Positions 17,359 to 24,208 of a stretch of 24,208 nt of DNA are shown piece by piece. A program made the position numbers and the translations under genes. Location: contig JBBSJT010000022.1 of assembly GCA_038257035.1 (NCBI GenBank), positions 1 to 24,208 of the forward strand, given 5' to 3'. The stretch is from Chlamydiia bacterium. Its GTDB lineage: Bacteria; Chlamydiota; Chlamydiia; Chlamydiales; Parachlamydiaceae. Every line of letters starts with the position of its first letter. The stretch's first letter is position 1. Below the pieces are notes generated by a model. It made no database searches. It was not told the origin of the DNA and saw only the letters and a list, made by a program, of their open reading frames with translations.

Positions 17359-18183
17359 ATGATGAGCCAAGTGTTAGTGAAAAATTTTTATATTGGAAAA
17401 GGTCAACCTTTAGCCATCATGTCAGGGCCTTGTGTCATTGAAAGTGAAGATCATTGCATGAGGGCAGCGGCCACTTTAAAAGAAATTTTTTCAAAATTTC
17501 CAATGATCAATTTTATTTTTAAATCAAGTTACGACAAGGCAAATCGCACTTCGATCCATTCTTTTAGGGGTCCTGGAATTGATGAGGGTTTACGCATTTT
17601 AGAAAAAGTAAAAAACGAATTTGATTTACCCATCGTTTCCGACATTCATGAAAGAGAAGAAGTTATAGCTGCAGCGACAGTGTGTGACATTTTACAAGTT
17701 CCTGCATTCTTAAGCCGTCAGACCGATCTAATTTGTGCTGCTGCAAAAACTGGCGCCGTAATCAGTGTCAAAAAAGGGCAGTTTTCGGCTCCTTGGGATA
17801 TGGAAAATGTTGTTTCGAAAATTAAAGAGTGTGGAAATGATCGAATTATTTTGGTAGACAGGGGAGTCTCCTTTGGTTATAACAACTTAGTCAGCGATAT
17901 GCGTGCCATACCCATCATGCAAAATTTTAATGTGCCCGTATGTTTTGATGCCACTCATTCAGTACAGTTACCAGGCGGCAAGGGCACATCATCCGGTGGT
18001 CAACGTGAATTTATTCCGCATCTTGCAAAAGCTGCCGTAGCCGCAGGCGCAAATGCTATTTTTATGGAAGCTCACAATGATCCGGCATGTGCAAAAAGTG
18101 ATGCCTCATCCGTATTGGACTTTAAAGATTTGCCGGCCCTTTTAGAAAAACTTCAACAAATCTATGCGATTGTTAATGAATAG
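17359..18183 (+). CDS. kdsA: KDO-8-phosphate synthase
   Basis: GPCVIESE, KSSYDKANRTS, QVPAFLSRQTDL, KKGQF, FDATHSVQLPG. Confidence 0.97.
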   Translation: MMSQVLVKNFYIGKGQPLAIMSGPCVIESEDHCMRAAATLKEIFSKFPMINFIFKSSYDKANRTSIHSFRGPGIDEGLRILEKVKNEFDLPIVSDIHEREEVIAAATVCDILQVPAFLSRQTDLICAAAKTGAVISVKKGQFSAPWDMENVVSKIKECGNDRIILVDRGVSFGYNNLVSDMRAIPIMQNFNVPVCFDATHSVQLPGGKGTSSGGQREFIPHLAKAAVAAGANAIFMEAHNDPACAKSDASSVLDFKDLPALLEKLQQIYAIVNE

Positions 18184-18934
18184 TCACCAAAACTGTAGCA
18201 ACACAACTAATAAAACACGTAAGCGACTAACGCTCATACCTGTTATTGCAGGTTTTATTATCTTGCCGTTGCTTAGTTTTTTTTGCTTCAAACTTCTGAC
18301 GCATTTAAGCGCTGAAACCCTAATTTTATATGAAGCAATCACAATGAAAACAGGGGAAAAAAAGGAAGATCAAGCCAAAGCCGACTACCTTGTCAGACAG
18401 ACAAGGCACAAAGTTCAAAAGCAACTTTTATTTACAGAAAATGAACAACGTATGGAATTGCAATTACTAGCTAATGACACTCAAATGATCTATGATCATT
18501 CGTCACTCCAAACAAAAATTGTTGAACAGATGAATGGCATTGTCTGCACGATGCAAGAGGAGCTCTACTACATTTTACCCGATGGCAGGGAAGCTTGTTT
18601 TTTTAATGAAGAGTCGCTTCTGATTCGAAACGAAGATCCTAAAAATCCCGCCTCCTATGTTTCTAAAACAACCAAAGGGATTGTTCCGATGCAGATCATT
18701 CGCCACATGGTTGCAGATAAAGGCTTTTACGATTACAAAAGTGATCTTTTTTTTGCAGAAAATGTTAAAATTGAACGTTTTACAACTTCTTCCCATGAGT
18801 TAACAGCATCTCTTAATCAAATGAAAAAACTCATGAATGGTATTGCCGATTCGATAGAATTTTCTTTGGATGGAAAAAAATTAAATTTTAAAGCAAACAA
18901 ATTAAAAGCGACACTAAACACGAGCTCCAAATGA
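18176..18934 (+). CDS. Membrane-anchored protein, LptC-like by position
   Basis: Single N-terminal TM then beta-rich region; lies in the kdsA-X-Y-lptB operon; ATG 18176 overlaps the end of kdsA. Confidence 0.55.
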   Translation: MNSHQNCSNTTNKTRKRLTLIPVIAGFIILPLLSFFCFKLLTHLSAETLILYEAITMKTGEKKEDQAKADYLVRQTRHKVQKQLLFTENEQRMELQLLANDTQMIYDHSSLQTKIVEQMNGIVCTMQEELYYILPDGREACFFNEESLLIRNEDPKNPASYVSKTTKGIVPMQIIRHMVADKGFYDYKSDLFFAENVKIERFTTSSHELTASLNQMKKLMNGIADSIEFSLDGKKLNFKANKLKATLNTSSK

Positions 18935-20466
18935 ATGTCACGACAAAAGGTCTTTTTATTTCTTGTTTTTCAGTTTTTTTTCTTTTTTCACATTCTTCTG
19001 CTTTAGCAGAAGATGAGGGCATGATGTTTATTGATTCAGGGGAGGCAAATTATAATGGCAGGGAAATTGTCTTAAGTAAGGATGTTGTTGTAGAGCATGA
19101 AATTGGTAAAATTTGTGCTCACCATATTGTTTTAACTCCTAAAAATGATCAGAAGAAAATTCGTTTTACGCATTTAAAAATGAGTGATGCTGTAAAGTTT
19201 TTGCTAAAAGATGGCGGTCAGCTTTTGTGCGAAAAGGCGGATCTTGATTATTTAAAATTAACAGGAAAATTTACGGGTAGTCAGCAGAATGAATATGTCG
19301 TGTATACGGAAAGTTGCAAGGGAAACCAAGATAAACGTATGCCGCTTGTCCTTAAGGCGTTAGAAATGAATGTCTTGCTAAATATTTTAGAAACCGGTGC
19401 TAGTGCTTCTCATTGTATTAGTGAAATGAGGGCAGATCAGAATGTGACCCTCAATTATAATCATGACCTTATTGCAAATTCAGACCATGCCGTTTATCAG
19501 CGCTTGGAAACATCTATTAGTGCAGAATCATCAAAGGATCCAAGACAAAACCCCGGCCAGATTTGCCTTACGGCAGCCACGACAAATGGAATATGCCAAA
19601 TTACAAATCGTAACGGAGACTTGATAAAAGCCTCTAAAATTGAACTTGACACCTTAAAAAAAGATTTGACGTTTTTTGATCCCAAAGGCTTTTTCAAGAT
19701 GATGGGGGCTAATGCAGTTGAGAAGGTATATTTTGAAAGCGATTTACTAAAATGGGAAAATCGTCAAAATCTTCTTGTTTTTATAGGTAATGTTACCGTC
19801 CATCAAAAAGTTTTCGGAGAACTTCAAAATCAAAATCAAGTAAAACTCCATTATCATGAAGAATTGGGCAAGAAAAAAATAAAGCTTGTTGAAAGCGTAG
19901 GTGAGACGGTCATTTCCCACATAGATTCAGAAAAACAACACCAGCACACCTTGGTTTCTTACGGAAAAGTGATTGCAGATCATTTAAACTTGAAAACAAC
20001 AATTGATAGCCCGCTTGAAAACGGTGAAGTTATTGAAGGTATGCAGATTTATTTTAACGATCTATTTGGTGAAATTTACGCAGATAAAGCAATTTTGGAT
20101 TATTTACCTCTTAATGGGGTGATTAAGCTTGAAAAGCTTACTCTGCTCGGTCACGTAAGAATATTGAATCGATCATCTGTAAACCCTGAAGAATCAGAAG
20201 CTTTTTTACAGTATGCTTTAAGTGATGTTGCTACCTTTTATCCTGCCAACAATGAATTGGTAATGAGTTCCAATGGTGCGGGAAGGGTTCTTTTTTATGA
20301 TAAAGCCAATAATCTTCAAGTCAGTGCTCCCGGCGTTAAAATAAAAAGAGATGGGATGACAAAAAAAGAATCGATTAAAGGTGTGGGCGATGTCAGATTT
20401 AGTTTGGAAAATTCAGAACTCGAAAAGCTCAAAACACACTTTTCTTTAGAACCCGCAAAAGGATAA
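18931..20466 (+). CDS. Exported LptA/OstA-like beta-jellyroll protein (long)
   Basis: Signal peptide (..SSALA/ED), repeated segments like GEIYADKAIL and LVFIGNVTV; directly upstream of lptB. Confidence 0.6.
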   Translation: MNVTTKGLFISCFSVFFLFSHSSALAEDEGMMFIDSGEANYNGREIVLSKDVVVEHEIGKICAHHIVLTPKNDQKKIRFTHLKMSDAVKFLLKDGGQLLCEKADLDYLKLTGKFTGSQQNEYVVYTESCKGNQDKRMPLVLKALEMNVLLNILETGASASHCISEMRADQNVTLNYNHDLIANSDHAVYQRLETSISAESSKDPRQNPGQICLTAATTNGICQITNRNGDLIKASKIELDTLKKDLTFFDPKGFFKMMGANAVEKVYFESDLLKWENRQNLLVFIGNVTVHQKVFGELQNQNQVKLHYHEELGKKKIKLVESVGETVISHIDSEKQHQHTLVSYGKVIADHLNLKTTIDSPLENGEVIEGMQIYFNDLFGEIYADKAILDYLPLNGVIKLEKLTLLGHVRILNRSSVNPEESEAFLQYALSDVATFYPANNELVMSSNGAGRVLFYDKANNLQVSAPGVKIKRDGMTKKESIKGVGDVRFSLENSELEKLKTHFSLEPAKG

Positions 20467-20471
20467 TAGCA

Positions 20472-21197
20472 ATGAAAACATGCCTTGAAGTAAAAGATCT
20501 TGAAAAAAGTTATGGGTCAAGAAAAGTCGTCAATGGTTTAAGCTTTGAGATTGGGCAAGGTGAGATTGTTGGTCTTTTAGGGCCTAATGGAGCCGGTAAA
20601 ACAACAGCTTTTTACATGACGATTGGGCTTATTAAGCCTGATGCCGGCAAGGTGATTTTTCAGGACAAGGACGTGACAAACGATCCCATCCATATGCGTG
20701 CAAGGATGGGAATGGGGTATCTTGCTCAAGAGCCATCGGTTTTTCGTTATTTGACCGTAGAAGAAAATATTATGAGCATCCTTGAATGTTTGTCCTTAAC
20801 AAAAAGTGAAAGAAAATTACGACTGGAAGAGCTTTTGGGCGAACTACACTTGGAAAAACTTGCAAAGAAAAAAGCAATCGCACTTTCCGGTGGCGAAAGA
20901 AGAAGGCTTGAAATCACACGTGCTTTGGTGACAAATCCAAGTTTTCTATTACTGGACGAGCCTTTTGCTAATATCGATCCGATCTCTGTTCAGGAAGTAA
21001 AGCACATGGTGACTTTGCTTTCCAAAAAGAATATTAGCATCTTGATCACGGATCATAATGCTCGCGAAATTTTCTCTGTTGTACACCGCAGCTATATTGT
21101 GCGAGAAGGTAAAGTCATGATGAGTGGTAACGTTGATGAGCTTGTTAATAATGAAGAGGCAAGACGCACCTATCTTGGATTAGAATTTAAAATGTAG
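20472..21197 (+). CDS. lptB: LPS export ABC transporter ATP-binding protein
   Basis: GLLGPNGAGKTT, GYLAQEPSVFR, LSGGERRRLEI, LLDEPFA, ITDHN. Confidence 0.96.
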   Translation: MKTCLEVKDLEKSYGSRKVVNGLSFEIGQGEIVGLLGPNGAGKTTAFYMTIGLIKPDAGKVIFQDKDVTNDPIHMRARMGMGYLAQEPSVFRYLTVEENIMSILECLSLTKSERKLRLEELLGELHLEKLAKKKAIALSGGERRRLEITRALVTNPSFLLLDEPFANIDPISVQEVKHMVTLLSKKNISILITDHNAREIFSVVHRSYIVREGKVMMSGNVDELVNNEEARRTYLGLEFKM

Positions 21198-21355
21198 GTA
21201 ACAATTGAATACCTTTAACTTTTAGAAAACAGCAAAATTACAAATATTAGAAATAATCCTTCGAAAGCCTGATGAGGAAAACATGAGGTTTTTGCCTGCT
21301 TTAACAAAAACTTCCAGTCAGTATATGATCTAGACCCTACAATCTATGACATCTT

Positions 21356-21524
21356 CGATTTTTAACAGGATATGCAGGATCGCTTCGCGACAAAGTCGCT
21401 TCGCGGCAGGATCGCTAAAGCGGCAGGATAATATCCATCTCTAATATATCACTAAAGGTTGATATTATCCTGCCGCTTTAGCGATCCTGCCGCGAAGCGA
21501 TCCTGCATATCCTGTTAAAAATCG
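21356..21524. repeat. Intergenic palindromic element, CAGGAT-unit type
   Basis: 64-bp perfect arms apart from a 16-nt insert (21390-21405) in the left arm; 25-nt spacer; termini CGATTTTTAA/TTAAAAATCG. Confidence 0.92.
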
Positions 21525-21626
21525 TATCGTATTGGTTATAATAATAGATTTTAAGGTTTCTTTTCCACTTTCAAGAAGCAAAATATTACAGATGATCTTT
21601 GAAAGTAAAAAATTTGTTCTTTTCTA

Positions 21627-22097
21627 TTATTTGTTTACGATGTCTTGGGGTTTAAAGAAGAAATCGATTTCTATTTTTGCGTTCTCTAAACTGTCAGAGC
21701 CATGAACGGCATTTTTTGTGATCGATTCGGCAAAGTCTTTGCGAATCGTATTAGGTGCGGCTTTTTTTGGGTCTGTTGCTCCCATGATTTCACGGTTTTT
21801 AACTACGGCATTCTCACCATCCAAAACCATAACAACAACAGGTCCTGCAGTCATCGTTTCAATGAGTTCGCCAAAAAAAGGTCGCTCTTTATGTACGGCA
21901 TAAAAATCTGAGGCTTGTTTTTTGTCGAGTTTGGTCATTTTGAGAGCAGCAATTTTTAGTTTATTTTCTTCAAAACGAGCAATTATTTCACCGATGTGTT
22001 GATTGGCTACTGCGTCCGGCTTAATGATTGAAAGTGTTTGTTCAGCTTGTAACATTGAAGTGCTAACCAAAAGAGCAAAAAAAAGTTTTTTTAGCAT
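21627..22097 (-). CDS. ndk: Nucleoside diphosphate kinase paralogue with signal peptide
   Basis: [47 protein letters not shown]. Confidence 0.93.
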   Translation of the reverse strand: MLKKLFFALLVSTSMLQAEQTLSIIKPDAVANQHIGEIIARFEENKLKIAALKMTKLDKKQASDFYAVHKERPFFGELIETMTAGPVVVMVLDGENAVVKNREIMGATDPKKAAPNTIRKDFAESITKNAVHGSDSLENAKIEIDFFFKPQDIVNK

Positions 22098-22652
22098 TTA
22101 AGATCCTAATTTTAAAAAGTTTTCAAATATTTTAAGTCCATGTTCCGTTGAAACGGATTCAGGATGAAATTGTACCCCTTCAAGCAAAAAATGATTATGC
22201 CGAAGACCCATGATTTCACCTTCGCATTCTGCAGTAATTGTTAAATCTTTGGAAAGTTTTTCTTTTTCTACAATAAGTGAGTGATATCTTGTGGCCAAAA
22301 AGGGGGTTTCAATCCCTTGAAAAAGGCCTTTTCCATCATGAGTAATTTTGCTAACTTTGCCATGCATGGGCAATTTTGCACGTATAACGCGAGCCCCAAA
22401 AAGCTCACCGATGCATTGATGTCCAAGGCAAATGCCAAGAATGGGAATTTTTTTTAGATATTTTAAAATAAGAGTCTTTGAAATTCCGGATTCAGAAGGT
22501 GTGCCTGGGCCTGGGCCTATGACGATGTGTGTGGGGGTAAAATTGATTTCGGTAGCTTCATTTTGAACAACCTGTACAATACTTCCAAGCATTTGGAAGT
22601 ATTGTACAGTATTGTAAGTGAAAGAATCGTAATTATCGATTAATAGGATCAT
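22098..22652 (-). CDS. pabA: Aminodeoxychorismate/anthranilate synthase component II (PabA/TrpG)
   Basis: MILLIDNYDSFTYN, GPGPG, GICLGHQ, RYHSL, QFHPES; pabA versus trpG cannot be settled from the sequence. Confidence 0.88.
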   Translation of the reverse strand: MILLIDNYDSFTYNTVQYFQMLGSIVQVVQNEATEINFTPTHIVIGPGPGTPSESGISKTLILKYLKKIPILGICLGHQCIGELFGARVIRAKLPMHGKVSKITHDGKGLFQGIETPFLATRYHSLIVEKEKLSKDLTITAECEGEIMGLRHNHFLLEGVQFHPESVSTEHGLKIFENFLKLGS

Positions 22653-22654
22653 TA

Positions 22655-23086
22655 CTATCTTGTACGAGGACACATTTCTTCAGGTTTAAAGAAGAATTTA
22701 ATTTCTTCGCGTGCAGTTTCAACCGCATCAGAACCATGAACTGCATTTTCATCAATGCTTGTTGCGATATCTGCTCTGATTGTTCCGGGAGTTGCTTTTT
22801 TAGGGTCTGTTGCGCCCATTAAGTCTCTATTTTTAGCAATGGCGTCAGGGCCTTCTAAAGCTAAAATAAGTACAGGACCTGTTGTCATAAATGAGACCAA
22901 GTCTTTAAAGAAAGGGCGCTCTTTGTGAACTGCATAAAAGCCTTCAGCTTGTTCCTTTGACAAGTGTTGCATTTTTGCTGCAACAATGCGAAGACCGTTG
23001 TTTTCAAAACGGGAAATAATGTTTCCGATTTTGTTAACGCCTACAGCGTCCGGTTTAATAATAGATAATGTTTGTTCAATTGCCAT
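22655..23086 (-). CDS. ndk: Nucleoside diphosphate kinase (cytoplasmic)
   Basis: [33 protein letters not shown]; start could also be 23095. Confidence 0.95.
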   Translation of the reverse strand: MAIEQTLSIIKPDAVGVNKIGNIISRFENNGLRIVAAKMQHLSKEQAEGFYAVHKERPFFKDLVSFMTTGPVLILALEGPDAIAKNRDLMGATDPKKATPGTIRADIATSIDENAVHGSDAVETAREEIKFFFKPEEMCPRTR

Positions 23087-23119
23087 GTGTTTCATCCTTT
23101 GCTAAGTTTTAAAGGGATG

Positions 23120-23128
23120 ATTATAGCA
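23120..23128 (-). promoter_or_regulatory. Extended -10 promoter element for the ndk-pabA-ndk operon
   Basis: Minus strand TGCTATAAT about 35 nt upstream of ndk. Confidence 0.45.
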
Positions 23129-23170
23129 ATATACATTATTATCTGCATGCTTTTTTTTACAGTTGTGTGG

Positions 23171-23379
23171 GGATTTTTTTACCGCGAAGACCGCGAAGAA
23201 AGACGCGAAGGCACGCGAAGAAGCGCGCTAACGCGCGAGAGAACAGCAAGATATTAAAATAAATAGTTAAATAATAATTAATAGCTTGTTGTTCTTTCTC
23301 GCGCTTTTAGCGCGCTCTTCGCCCCCCTTCCCGCAGCGCAAGCTTGCGCTTCTTCGCGGTCTTCGCGGTAAAAAAATCC
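23171..23379. repeat. Intergenic palindromic element, CGCGAAG-unit type
   Basis: 30-bp perfect terminal inverted repeats GGATTTTTTTACCGCGAAGACCGCGAAGAA; interior colinear with 10068-10284; outer inverted repeat extends to about 23147/23404. Confidence 0.9.
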
Positions 23380-23507
23380 AAACAAGACTGTAAAAAAAAT
23401 ACATAAGGCCGTAACGTTCTTCGTGGTGAAAGAAAGCTGTAGAGAAAAATTGAATAGTTTTGTATGATTTATCTCTTATAAGTATCACCAAAAAAAGAAC
23501 CTAATCT

Positions 23508-24208
23508 ATGAAAATCCCTTTAAGCTGGCTAAAAGAATTTATTGAAATAAATGAAGATCCAAACGAGATTGCAAAGACACTGACCATTGCAGGGCTTGAA
23601 ATCGATGCGGTGGATCCTATAGGGGATGATTTTGTCTTCGAAGTTTCCTTAACCCCAAATCTTGGCCACTGCTCAAGCGTGTTGGGAGTAGCAAGAGAAT
23701 TATCTGCTGCATACCAAAAACCTGTTCAAATGCCAAAAATCGATCTTCTCGAAGATGAGTTTAATTCTATTTCAAATTGTTTAACAGTTGAAGTTGAAGA
23801 CTTTGTTAAGGCTCCAAGATATGCAGCAAGAGTTATCAAAGATGTGATTGTTGCACCCTCTCCACCTTGGCTTCAAGAGCGTTTAAAACTTTGTTCAATC
23901 CGCCCCGTAAATAATATTGTCGATATCACAAATTATGTGATGATTGCTTTGGGTCATCCTTTGCATGCTTTCGATTATGATTTAGTGGATGGAGCTAAAA
24001 TTATTGTAAGACAAGCCAAAATTGATGAAAACTTTCAAACATTAGACGACAAAACAAGATTGCTTAATAACGATGACATTTTAATTACCGATGCTGCAAA
24101 AGCTATTGCCATTGCAGGTGTTATGGGTGGGTTAAATAGTGAAATTAGCGATCAGACAAAAAATATTGTGATTGAATCTGCAATCTTCCACCCGGGAGCC
24201 ATTCGCAA
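23508..24208 (+). CDS. pheT: Phenylalanine-tRNA ligase beta subunit, 5' part (runs off the window; not in the ORF track)
   Basis: My translation: MKIPLSWLKEFI..AGLEIDAV..FEVSLTPNLGHCSSVLGVAREL..SPPWLQERL..RPVNNIVDITNYVM..GHPLHAFD..IAGVMGG..IVIESAIF. Confidence 0.95.
   Translation, partial: MKIPLSWLKEFIEINEDPNEIAKTLTIAGLEIDAVDPIGDDFVFEVSLTPNLGHCSSVLGVARELSAAYQKPVQMPKIDLLEDEFNSISNCLTVEVEDFVKAPRYAARVIKDVIVAPSPPWLQERLKLCSIRPVNNIVDITNYVMIALGHPLHAFDYDLVDGAKIIVRQAKIDENFQTLDDKTRLLNNDDILITDAAKAIAIAGVMGGLNSEISDQTKNIVIESAIFHPGAIR

Noticed and set aside
21264..21302. CTGATGAG suggesting a hammerhead ribozyme
   Set aside because: No GAAA after the putative stem II and no stem I/III pairing; only a weak hairpin
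269..21911. Numerous short overlapping or antisense ORFs (e.g. 269-619, 2007-2330, 4722-5012, 13728-13919, 21702-21911)
   Set aside because: They overlap well-supported genes and show no recognisable motifs

Overview
This is an AT-rich bacterial chromosome segment, almost certainly from an environmental member of phylum Chlamydiota. Support comes from conserved chlamydial gene blocks (UPF0158-dapF-clpP-glyA; CT398/CdsZ-like zinc ribbon next to rnpB; KH protein, tRNA-Arg, kdsA ... lptB) and from chlamydia-type rnpB and PheT motifs. It holds about 25 CDS (mostly housekeeping), RNase P RNA, tRNA-Arg(TCT) and a 5' part of pheT. The most striking unexplained structure is non-coding: five intergenic palindromic elements (about 46-107, 10068-10284, 13610-13720, 21356-21524, 23171-23379). 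They share GATTTTT(T)...(A)AAAAATC termini and some outer flanks, yet their arms are built from different 6-9 nt purine-rich tandem units. Some are nested and carry GC-rich mini-hairpins, and no mobilising gene is present. A second, REP-like GGAGTGCTGT hairpin family occurs three times. Protein-level oddities include an archaeal-type AspRS fused to a YeaK/YbaK-like editing domain, a PheT lacking the B2 domain, a UPF0158 protein with a histone H1-like tail, a signal-peptide Ndk paralogue, and a doubly frameshifted Inc-like/F-box-like gene. All calls come from reading the sequence; no searches were run.
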